A stretch of DNA of 64,000 nt from Octopus sinensis. Lineage: Eukaryota. The notes under the pieces were generated by a model. It saw only the letters and a program-made list of their open reading frames with translations, was not told the DNA's origin and did not search any database. Both the position numbers and the translations under genes were made by a program. This document shows, piece after piece, positions 26,340 to 38,489 of this stretch; position 1 is the stretch's first letter; each line of letters opens with the position of its first letter. The stretch is taken from the NCBI RefSeq assembly GCF_006345805.1, contig NC_043003.1:88164001-88228000 (forward strand), read 5' to 3'.

Positions 26340-29300
26340 CAAAGTGGAAAAAGCATTGCTCCAGAGGATGGCAAGGGAGATGTGCTGGAACAGCCACTCT
26401 GACTCATGGGACTCACATTTGTGGACAGCCATCTCCTTCCTCTAAAGCAGTGAGCAGGGACATGGCCTGAGGGCCAAGAGCACCAGAAGTCTCCTGCCAC
26501 AGGCTCAACCAGAGAGTGGCCAATACTTTGACAGTTTGCCCTTCTTGGCCTGACCAGTAGCAGAGTCTGACATGGTAGATGAACACATCTAGTTGCTGCT
26601 GGGAAAGGTGTCACAGCATGTGACATCCTATATGAGGGGTTGACCAACAAGGAATGGGAAAATTGCCATACCAACAGGCCTTTTACCATTCCCTTGGTCT
26701 AGCCCTGATGGTTTGAGCTGGGAAGGAAAGCCTGCAGCATTCAGGCCATGCCTTTTGATCTTGTTAAGAGTAGCATGGTATGGAAGGCGGCCAGCACTAT
26801 AATGGCAAGACAATGGGAGGAGGGTGAGGGAATCCACAGTGGATTCACAGTGGCATTTGTGATACTCACAGATCTGGAAGCCAACCCACAGAGAAACAGT
26901 GACATGGAAAAAGTTGCTATTGACCTGAGTACCAGTTGAACACTGCATGGAGCCAGGCATTGCTGTTGAATTCAGAGGTTGAGCGGAAACAGGCCAGAGA
27001 GTGTGGATCAAGTCAGCATACTAACTCATGAGATCTTGCTACACTTTTGGGGGGACTGGACATCTGAAGAAGGGAGAGAGGGATGGACATCCAGTTCAGC
27101 GGAGGCAGAGCTGGATCCATGTTGCGTAGACCACTTCATGCTCTCCGATCACAGTAGGTTCAGTTGGGTTGTGGACAAAGGACACAGCAAAAGGTCACTG
27201 ATGAGAGAAAAGCAGGCAGAGCCAATGAGACCAGAGACTGAGCCTTCTATATTTGATGGGAAAGGTGGCCTGCTGCCATCTAGTGTCATCGAACTGAATG
27301 TTGCATATCTCTTGATCAACCTAACCTGTTAGATACAGGCATTAAAATCTTTGAGGAGAGATATGTGGTTGTAACAAGGGGCACTGTGCATAGTATACAA
27401 TAACATTGGCATTGTGAAGCACTTCTTTAATAGGAAGAACGCCGGGTGGGTATCGATCACATTCAGTCTGCTTGGCAATGTTTTGAGCTGGTGAAGCCTA
27501 GACTTGAGGGTGGAGCAAATGGTAGGCAGGAAGATCAGTGAACTGAGGATAAAGATGTCTTCTTTCAAGGTCGTCTGTACGTGGTGAAGTAATGAATGCA
27601 TGTCCAAGATGGAGGCCACAAAGCCCTCTGTGTTGTAGTTGATATTCACGACCTCTGCTTTGGAAGAGTTAATCTTTAGGCTGATGCTTGCCAAAGAGAG
27701 AACTATTGATTGAAGATCGTGGAAGACACTCCCTATTGACCTGTCTATCATTGCATCATCCAGGTACCATTGAAAGGGTTGTAATGCTCTGAGCAATGCC
27801 GTCCATCCTGAAAAGAAAGAGGAAAGGGGCCCAACAGCTCATCCTGCTGAATGCCAGTCAAAGACAGTATGACCTAATCTGAAGCAAGGAGCATGCTCAG
27901 AGACCCATATGACAGCAAGTTAATAGGTAGGTGGATGGAGCAGGATGGCTGTGGCAGGCCTCAAGCAAGTGGTCACAGCACAGACAGTCAAATACATTTT
28001 TTATGTCAAACTTGATAACGAGGTGCTTGGTATTGTTTGATTTTGGCTCAGGAGGACAGTTACTGAAAAACTGTTTAGTTGCATGAATAGCTCCCTCACA
28101 TCTCCTGACCATGCTGACCCCCTACAGCACTGGCCTGAGTTCCTCACCTGGTTCAGGTTTAACAGATCTGCAGATAACCTTGGCTGTGAGCCTCTGCAGC
28201 AATGGTGCATATGCCACTATCCTTGTTCTTCAGAGAGATTAGGTGGGCTGAAAAGAAGAGGCCTCAGAAATAAGTGTCCAAGACACCATGAACGAACCTG
28301 TTAATGAGAGCCATAATTGTGTTCAGTAGGCAGTGCCCAGATTCAGCAGTAACTAGGGACAGAAAGATCTTGAGGTGGCCAGATTGGAGACCAACAAAAA
28401 CCTCTACTCCTACTGGCAGGGAAAGATCTCAGAACAGAGAGAATGTCCTTCTTGGCGGTCATGTATGGCGACTTAAGGTTGGGAGTGGGTATAGGTCAGA
28501 GGTATGTAAGTAGCTCAGGATGTTTGAGTCAAAGAGTAGTCAGGACCTCTTCAGTAGGGTAGCAGACAGGGTCATCAGAGGTAACTACTCAGACGGAAGC
28601 TGAGACATTGCCCTTGATGAATTTGATGTCTACCCGGTCTTTAAGCAGGAATCAAGGGTGTAGGACTGCAGGCGTGTGAATGAGTGCAGGGCAGCATACT
28701 CGGACACACTAGATATGGATACCTGCTTGAAGGACAAGATGTTAGTCCTGACTAGGGCTGTTGTCGACAGGCCACCTCAATCGGCAACAGTGTTGGGGAG
28801 ATCAAGGGCAAGTAGAGCAAAATAAACAGTCATTTCCAATCACTAGGTTGACTATAGTCTAAGGCTAGACCAACTAAGGATGCAAGGGTATCAGTCACCA
28901 GCACCCAGGCCACTTTTGGGATCTTATGAGGCTTCCTGGGCCAGGATGGGTGTCAGGCAGACATGCTGTCTGATCTGAAGGTGTGGTGGATGGCCACTGT
29001 TGTACTACTGAAGCAAAGAGGCAGTTGCTGCATCTATGCATTGAGAGCTCATTCAAGGCCTGTGCTTCAGGCTGATGCAAGAGCGATAATAAAGACAATC
29101 ACACCCTGAACATTTTCTGCATCTCTTTTGCCTATTGATGACAGCACATGTGCTTCAGGTAGCTCCCTGTGGGGATGTGGTGGGGTGTACAATTGGGGAC
29201 TGAAACAATGTTTGACAATGGTGGTGTCACTTTTTGGCAGGGCCAAAATATTGACTTGCATCTTGAAAATGAGTGGCGGGGATGGGGTTGTAATACTGAC

Positions 29301-29400
29301 GAGGTGATGACTGCTGGATTGAGGAAGCTGAGAATCTGAGCCGTGAAGAAATTTGTGCGAGAGAGAGAGAGAAAGAGAGATGTACAAAAATCTACTATAT
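26340..29400 (-). mobile_element. CRE-clade non-LTR retrotransposon, decayed
   Basis: EGAIHATKQF, KFDIKNVFD, WYLDDAMI; zinc finger CHCESTVD..LSC..SAGRLPYH; restriction-like endonuclease LKPSGLDQGNGKRPVG. Confidence 0.8.
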
Positions 29401-30999
29401 AAATGAGTGTGTATGTGATTATGTGTGTGTGCATGTTTAGCCCCAAAAGGCTCTGAAATGGTGTGTCCTCAAAAAAAAAATGATTTTCAAAATCTGCCTA
29501 CAAAGAGAAGGTTGTCTGCAAAATGAAGAAATATAATTTGCTTTGAAAATTAGCTCAACTTTTAGATTGACAAATCCACTCTTTGTCACCATCAGGCTTT
29601 CTCCTTTATGCCTTCCCTCTCTATATATATTTAACACACCCTTTATCACTCTATCTCTTTCTCTCTGTGTATGTATTATCTCTCATGTAATGCTTTCATT
29701 TCGTTTAAAACTTCGACTTCTAATCTTTAATAACATTTTATCATACACAAATCCTGTTTTCTGATTGGGTAAACATGATCAAATTTTAAACCTCTGTAAT
29801 ATTTTTCCAAAGTTTTTCTGGAATAAATGAATTACAAAATCAGATTCAGTGTGAAAAAGTACACCAATATGCCAAATTTGAAAATTTTCACTCAATTTCA
29901 AAATCTGTGACAGTGTCAAAATAGATCTCTCACTTTATTTGTCTATCACTTTCATTTTTCTCTTTACTCATAGTAAACTTTTTCCTCTCTATATATATTT
30001 ACCACACTCTATCTCAATCAAAGTATATCACTCAGGTTGTGTTTGTGTGTGTGTAGGGAAACAGGGATTTAAAAAAGATATGTAAAAGATAATATATTTT
30101 AGCAGCATACTTTTCTGTTAGTAAATGTTTTTTCGTACACACACACACACAAACTCGCTTAGTGCAGGATGGAGGTTAAAAATTTCAATTGTTTCTTTTT
30201 TTTTTGTCATTGCTTAAATCCCAGCAATGGACCACAGAATCAGCATTCTACAAAATGTGTTTATTGGGAGGAAAACATCAATAGGTGTCAGACTGACATA
30301 GAAAAGAGGAAAGTACCAGGTGGTTATGAAAAAATTGCTAGAAGCAACAGGAAAATCTCCCTTAAATCACACACCTTTCTGTCTGAAAATTATTTTGAAA
30401 TTATAAGTAGAAACAAATTGCAGAGTCAGACTGTCTATATTTTAGAACTATGATGAAAAATTTTTTTTTCTTTTTCAAGTTTAAGGATAATGCAAAAATT
30501 TTATAAATTTTCTTCAGTTTTGAAAATAAAAGAAGTGGGGATTGTAATGCTGATTGCTTATTTCCAAAATTTAGGGGTTTTTTTAACTTTTAAGGCTTCT
30601 GCCATAGTTTTCAAGTGCATAGTACAAAAAAAAAGCACAAAATTAGTAGAGTGGAGTAAGTGGGATTTGAAAAATTTCATAAATTTTCAAAAAATTATTT
30701 TCACAGAAAAAGTGTTTCCTGATTGTTTTAAAGTATATAGTGCAAAAAAAAATGACAAAATCGGTCTAGATGGGAAGAGTGGGAATTTATAAATTTTCAA
30801 AATCTTTTTCCATAAAAAGCAAAATACCCCACTCACTTCATTTGCAAGGATGTGGAGAAAAAAGTCTGAAAAATCCCCCATCAAAATGGAAAAAACCCAA
30901 CTTATGTGGGTGCATTATTCCAAAGGTCCCCCAAGGCATTCTATTGTGAAAATTACTTGGCAATGACAAGATACTCAGCTACTAAATAAATAAATGAGA

Positions 31000-31331
31000 T
31001 CAATGAAGGAAGAGAGACGACCTGAAATCCCCACATGTCTACGCACATAGGTACACCCTGATCTATACACACGCAGATGAGGGTCAATTCATATGAAAAA
31101 GAAAGTGAACAAAATAATATGACCACTTGCTTATTGGGAAATTAGTAAGTTCAATTTAAAAAATAATTAAAATTTTTTATTTTTAAAGATAATCAAACTA
31201 AATGTTCATCATTTTAAACCACTCAACCAATGAGTATTTCTACCAAATGTGGTGAAAATCTGTTCAGCCATTTTCCAGTAACTTTGCAAACACACAGACA
31301 AAGACAAGTGATTACAATACCCTGCAGGGTA
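31000..31331 (+). mobile_element. Helentron/DINE-like non-autonomous element 3' end
   Basis: caaatgtggtgaaaatctgttcagcc core, acacacagacaaagac microsatellite, terminal palindrome TACCCTGCAGGGTA (31318-31331) followed by an A run. Confidence 0.55.
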
Positions 31332-33241
31332 AAAAGATGTTTACTTGTTTAGAAGTATGTTTTAAAAACTGTCATTCATAAGCATTGAATCAATGTCTTT
31401 CTTTAGGCTGGTTTGACTACGAGAGAGAAATTCTTTGTCTCCTATATAAAATACACTTGTGTGTGTGTGTTCACTTTTTATGCAAAAACAGCTGGGCAAA
31501 TTGCTTTCATACTTGGAATGCATGAATAGTTTGACCTCAGATACATAATAGGGTCTTCAGTTTATTTTTTTCATTAAAAATCAATTGATATTGCTTTATA
31601 TATATATGATTCACTTCTTTAAAAAGGTTTTTCAGCGTCACTTTCTGGTATTGACATAGCAACAGCAAAATTTTCCCTTTTCATTTCTCTTACTTTCTAT
31701 TTTAATACTTTCATAAGTTTTAATTCACTATTTGCAAACAACTACGATAAATTACTGAATGAAATAAAACCATGGGAGGAGCCTTTTTGGTGCAAAAAAA
31801 AAGTTGTAAATATTTTCAGAGGAAAAGGTGTACGATTCAAAGGGGATTTGGCTGTTGTTTCTAGCACATCCCAAACTACCCTCCATTTTCACTCTTGCAT
31901 CGTCCCATATATTGATGTTTTTTTTCAATATTTTTCTCCCATTAAACACACTTTATGGAATGATGATGCCGAAGTAACGCACGTGTTGTCCATTGGTGGG
32001 ACATAAGCAACAAAAACAAAAATTTGTAATTTAAATTTTTACCCCGACCTCAATCAAGCAAAGCTCTGTGTGTGTGTGTGTGTGTGTGTGTCTAAGAAAA
32101 AACATTTTCTAACAGAAAAGTATGCTATTAAAATGAATTGTCATTTACATAGCTCTTTTATTAAATCACTGAATAAATGCCAGCAATTACCTCCTCAGGC
32201 TCTCCAACGTTTTAAATTATAAACAGAAACAATCAGAGGCTGGGAGTGAGGTTGCAAAATAATCATAATTTTTCATTTTTTTTTTTTATAGAAGAAATGT
32301 ATTTACGGGGAGAAAAATATCGAAAAACTTTAATACATTGGACAGTGAGAAAGAAACAAGGAGGGTTGCCTTAGGACATGCTAGAAACAACAGCCAAATC
32401 TCCCTTAAATCACTCACTTTTTCCTTTAAAAACATCAACAATTCTTTTAATATTTTTCTACTGAAAAGGCTCCTGCCATGGCTTTCAAGCACAAAAAAAA
32501 TTAATCAAAATTGGTCTGGAGTGGGATGATGAGGGGACAGGTTTCTACAAAAAAATTTTTCAAAGCTTTTTTTTTCATAAAAAGATACCCCTCCACATCA
32601 TTCCAAAGGTGTGTGTATGTGTGACAGGGATGAGCCATTCATACTGGTCATCCTTTTTGCTAGAAGAAGATCCGGTATGGTCTTATATGCTACACCACTG
32701 GTTTTCAATTCATATTAATCAAATTAATATTCAATTTTTCACCCTTATTATGTGTGTGTGTGTATTAGCAATTCGTATACAATTGCATCAATGACTTGAA
32801 CTTGAATAAGTGGTTTCACATAAATGGGGATACATTAAAAAGGTTTGTTGTTATTATTATTACTGTTTGACTATTGTAATCACGTTTGTTGATTCCTCAC
32901 CAAGGAAATGTTGTTGTGTTGCATTTGTTAAATAATTGTAAACCGTAACCCTCCCGCTTTCGGAGAAGGGGCTTTCGTTATTGTTTCAAAATTGAATTGT
33001 GTCCCTGTTTGGGGAACTTGACAATATTTTCACCGTCTTTACAGAAGCATTTTTGTTAAAATGCCTTCCATAGAAGAAAGTTCAAAAATGAATTTCACTG
33101 CAGCCGTACACTTCTATACAAGATCCAATTGATCGAAATTGCAAGAGACGGGCCTACAATTCCAGTCTGTTATATATTTTGAGTATTGTTATCACTAGCG
33201 ATATCAAGATATAACTTTCTATTTTGTATTTTGTGTAGATG

Positions 33242-33277
<36 letters not shown>

Positions 33278-33423
33278 TGTACATGTAATATGTACACATA
33301 TATATATATGCACATATATACATGCATAATATATCTACCCATACACACACACACACACACACATACATAGGGGCAGGTGTGGCTGTGTGGTAACAAACTA
33401 CGTTCAAAGATACTGTACTTGAT

Positions 33424-34620
33424 ATGGGCGGTAGTGCCTTGCCGGTCTATGGCCTACCTTCAACAAACCGGGAAGGCACAAACACTCTGTCTTCACATTT
33501 GCTGCGTGAGACATGTTTTAATGTTGATGAGCTTGCCGAGTACATAGCCGACAATGAGCCAAAGCTCCTTCCAGAACCCAAGTTCGCTTACAACTCCGTT
33601 GTTAATTCAGTCCGGGCCAAAACTGGGAGAATTTTTTTCCTGGACGCTCCTGAGGGCACTGGGAAAACTTTTCTCAACAAATTAATATTGGCTGAGATTA
33701 GGCGAACACAAGGCATTGCCCTAGCTGTGGAATCATTTGGAATTGCGGCTACTTTGTTGCCAGGCAGCAGGACAGCTCACTCCACTTTCAAGCTTCCGCT
33801 TGACTTAGCGAAGACTGAGACACCAACTTGCAACATCAGTAACAGCTCCGATCAGGCAGAAGTCTTCAGACGATGCAAGCTTATCGTTTGGGATGAATGC
33901 ATGATGGCCCACAGACGTGCTCTTGAGGCACTAGATAGATCTCTCAGAGACATCAAACAAGCTTCAGCTCCCATGGGAGGCATAACACTTCTTCTTTCAG
34001 GGGACTTCTGACAAACACTTCCCGTTATTCCCAAAAGGACTAGAACTGATGCAGTAAGTGCGTGTCTTAAGTCATCCACATTGTCGCCACTGGTGAAGAC
34101 TCTCAAACTTCACACCAATATGCGTGCTCATATGTGACGTAATATCACATCAGCAGTATTTTCTCACACCCTCCTTGCACTTGGCGAAGGCAAAATACCA
34201 GGGGATGAAAATGGTAATATTGCCATCGATTCCATTTGTACCATTGTTAAAACGCCTTCTGATCTCAGACATGCAGTGTTCCCAGATCTACAAGCTAATT
34301 ATCAGAATATGGATTGGATTGGCCAAAGGGCTATTCTGGCCCCGAGGAATAAAACTGCTCACCAAATTAATGATGAAATGCTAAAACTCATTCCTGGGGA
34401 TGTCTATGTATATAAGTCTATCGATACAACTCCTGACCCAGAGGACGTCATCAACTATCCAATAGAGGTACTCAATTCCTTTGAGCCCCCCGGACTACCA
34501 CCACACATTCTCAAAATTAAAGTTGGTGCCCCTATAATGCTCATTAGAAATTTTGTTCCCCCAAAACAATGCAATGGCACACGTTTGATCGTTAAGTCCT
34601 TATCTCCCACCGTAAACTTA
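33424..34620 (+). mobile_element. Helitron PIF1-like helicase remnant
   Basis: FFLDAPEGTGKT, GIAATLLPGSRTAHSTFKLPL, LIVWDEC, LLSGDF* (premature stop), RAILAPRN, GLPPHILKIKVGAPIMLIRN..CNGTRL. Confidence 0.9.
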
Positions 34621-35320
34621 TATCAATATTTGCCTGAATAATCATCATAATTCAGTGCAATCATTAACAGTACTTTCAAACAATTCAGCCCCGAGCATTG
34701 CCGGGCAATTCTGCTAGTACACTATAATGGTTATAACTACAATTGTCTCGTTTCTATCCTACATCATCATTGTCACCATTTTTAACATCCACCTTTTGTT
34801 GAGGCAGATTTTCTAAACCTGGATACCTTTTCTGTCACCAATAGTGAGAAATCAAATGGCCATCTACTGCCTAACGTTCAAGAGTATCTTATTAATCTAC
34901 CAGTTACTGTAACCAATTCCTAACTAACTAATGTTTCGGTATTCATTTGAATTTAAAGGGCTAAAAGTATGTGTGCATGGTGGTTTTTGACATGTGCAAT
35001 GGACATCACCATGATTTTGATAACCACTTTTCCAGTCATGTATAGGTCAGACAGAATTTGTTAAATCAAATTTTCTATGGCCCTTTCTGTGTCCAAACAA
35101 GGTAATATTTCATCTTAGGCAGACATGTTTTCATGGGAAATGAATGACAACACTTAGACAACAAAGCCCAGATATTATGAAATATGTAGCTATAAGGCTA
35201 TAGTAATAAACAAACAAAAAATGGTTTTAACATAGAAAATATTTAAATAAATGGATAAACAGTGTTAAATAGTTCAGTCATTCATTCTAAAGTGTGAAAG
35301 ACAAAAAAATTGCTACTTAC

Positions 35321-35489
35321 AGTTGAAATTGTAGTGGTATTGTTGACCTTTTGGTAATGTCGTACTCTTTGGGTGGAACTGTCAACAGATATAACAAAGT
35401 CATCATCAGGACTGCGGGCTGGGTGTCCTGGCTTTGCAGTTTTCATTATTAATGTCATAACAGCAAGTTTATTGGCTTCACGAGTTTTT
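35321..35489 (-). CDS. EIF2B5: eIF2B epsilon exon (KTREANKLAVMTLIMKTAKPGHPARSPDDDFVISVDSSTQRVRHYQKVNNTTTIST)
   Basis: Translated by hand (not in the ORF track); tgtttcAG acceptor, GTAAGT donor, 169 nt; matches human [39 protein letters not shown]. Confidence 0.93.
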
Positions 35490-37139
35490 CTGAAACAGTA
35501 AGATAAATTTTTCTGTTTTAGATGAATTGAAGAAAAAAAATCTTACCAGCAAATTAATCTTTACCATAATCACTGAAATAGTCACGATGAAAGATTTCAA
35601 AAATAAATTTCAAAGATTATACATTAGAAAGTATAGAAAACAGAATTATGTAGACAATAAATAACTCAGAGATATCATCTGATGAAAAATAATAACATTA
35701 CTATATTAAATGCAGGGATAATCAGAAAGCTAACTAGAAATGTTTATGCAGTGGGCTAAAAACAATATTAGTCAATGTCTAAGAGACCAACTCTTACTCC
35801 TAGAGACACTGTATGGCATCAGTTTGTAATATATGCAACATCTCTTGCTCTAGTTTGCCTGGTTAACAAAATCTTTCAATACTTAATTCACTGAATTAGT
35901 TTATTTATTACATAAAATTTTTTCAGGATCAATGTAGGTTGCAGGTATTCTACAGGCCAATCACCAGTTCACTTCACTTGTAGTCACAAGAATGATAGAA
36001 TTTCCTGTGCAACCTGTACTGAAGAAATATTACATTGGGCTTTACTTGAATTCACAGGTTTATAAATTTTTTTTGCTATATTTATAGCAAGAAAAGGGCT
36101 TCACATAGTTCCAATCTATCAAATTTGTTTGACAAAGTATTAGTGAATCTGAGGCTATGGTACAAGGCACTTGTCTAAGGTGCTGTACAAAAGCATTGAA
36201 ATCAAGGACCACATAGTTGCAAAGTGAACTTGTTAACCACACAAGCCCTGCCTGCACCCAAATTGGGGTTACAGCAGAAAAGACACCCAGCTATGAAAAG
36301 AAGACCTCCTTCACCATGTACAGGAATTAATTTACTGAAATAATCTTGTCCATAAATCAAGTGAAATAAGAACCTAATGCTGCTTCCTAAATGTTTAAAT
36401 ATCTGAGGTAATTTATTAATCCTTTAGACACCATCCTTCCTGAGACTGACGCCTGTGATACAACGCTTCTCACATAAAGTGTGCATATTTCAATAAAAGC
36501 TTTTCATTATACTTTTTATATAAAAACTTTTTCAGTCATATTCCAAGCACCAGTTTCATAAGGACAGATTCATTTTCTAAATCACTTCAAATTCTTAAGT
36601 ATTTTATAAATTACTAGAAACATGTAACCAGTGTATTTTTAGTAGAAATAATGTCACAAAAGGGATAAGACTGTAACTGGGGTGGCGAGTCTACAACCCT
36701 GTTTTTAGAAATGAAACAAATACTTTCTAATAATATTAACATCTATGCTAAAGTTTGAGCAGCTCATCAGGTGTCTTTCACCTGGATGTGAATATTCAAT
36801 TGGCACAAGGAACTTTTATTTCTAAAGTAACAGGAGTGATAATCTTCTCATCCATGTGACTACAGTGATATAAGGCAGTGCTTTAATGTCCCCTTTTCAA
36901 GGTGGTATTGAAAAGGTGTGAATTCAGCAAAATTAACTATGCCATATGTCCATATATAGGGGAATCTCATCTAAGTGGGGGCAGGGCAATGCACAATAAT
37001 GCCATCAAGAGGAAGCATTCTCTCCTGATGATCACATAAGCCTACTATTGCCTAGTACATGAACTTTTCAACTAGTAGCTTTTGTATCTGTAAGTTGTTT
37101 GCAAATTATGTGTGTGTGTGTGTGTGTATTTGACCGAGG

Positions 37140-38475
37140 ACTGGCATGCTGGGAAGCTGCACCAGGCTCCAATCTGATTTGGCAAGGTTCCTAAAGCTGG
37201 ATGCCCTTCCTAACGCCAACAATTTTAGTGTAGTGGGTATATTTTATATGCCACTGGCATGGGAACTTGTTAGGCAGCACTGGCATCCACCATGCTCGAA
37301 TGGTGCTTTTTGCATGCCACTGGCATGGGTGCTAGTCAGACAGCACTGGCATTGGCCAAGCTTGAATGGTGCTTTTTATGTGCCACTAGTACAAGTGCCA
37401 GTCAAGCAGTACAGGCATTGGCCATGACTATGATTTCATTCAATTCAACAGGTCTTTGCAAGCACGGCATATTGCATGACGATTGACAGGTGCCTTTAAA
37501 TGGGTCAATTATGTGACACTGGCATTGGCCTCAACTACGATCTCACTTGGCTTGCCAGGTTTTCTCAAGCACAGCATATCTCCAAATGTCTCAGCTGCTA
37601 GTCATTGACTCTGTGAGGCCCAACATTCAATGGTCGTGCTTCACCACCTCATCCCATGTCTTCCTGGGTCTACCTCTACCAAGGGTTCATCCACTGCTAG
37701 GGTGCGACACTTCTTTATACAGCTATCCTCATCCATACACAGCACATGACCATACAAGTGCAGTTGTTTCCCTTGCACACCACATCCGATGTTTCTGATG
37801 CTCAACTTTTCTCTCAGGGTGCTTACACTCTGTCATGTATGCACACTGACATTAAACATCCAGCAGAGCATACTAGCTTCATTTCTTTCAAGCCTATGCA
37901 TGTCCTCAGCTATCACAGCCCATGTTTCACTGCTGTGTAGCATGGCTGTTCACAGACAGGTATCATATAGTCTACCTTTCACTCTGAGTGAGAGGCCCTT
38001 TGTTACCAGCTGGGGTAGCAGCTCTCTGAACTTTGCCCAGGTAATTTTTATTCTAGCAGCTATGCTCTCAGTATCCATCCCAGCTACTGGTTTGGACACT
38101 TAGGTAACAGAAGCTATCAACTACTTCTAGATTTTTCCCCTGGCATGTGATAGAATCTGTTTTCTGTACATCTTCAGTGTTTATTGCATCTATGCATCTG
38201 CTACATACAAAAACTATCTTCCCAGTTAACCTTCTTTTGATATTACTGCACCTCTTATGTGTCCATAGCTTACACCAGGTACATCTTATGGAGTTTCTAC
38301 CTATGCCTTTTCTACAGATCAAGCAGGGCCATCTACCTGAAGGGATTTGTGATTTGTCTGCCTTCCTACTTACTAAGACTTTGGTTTTTGCTAGGTTAAC
38401 TTTAAGGCCCTTAAATTCTAGATCTTGCTTCCACACCTCAAACCTCTTCATATATACATATATACATACATACAC
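37140..38475 (-). mobile_element. RTE LINE fragments with 3' UTR (about 67-bp tandem units at 37240-37420)
   Basis: FEVWKQDLEFKGLKVNLAKTKVLVS...GRWPCLICRKG; same tail core as the other RTE copies. Confidence 0.8.
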
Positions 38476-38489
38476 ACACTCATCATTAT

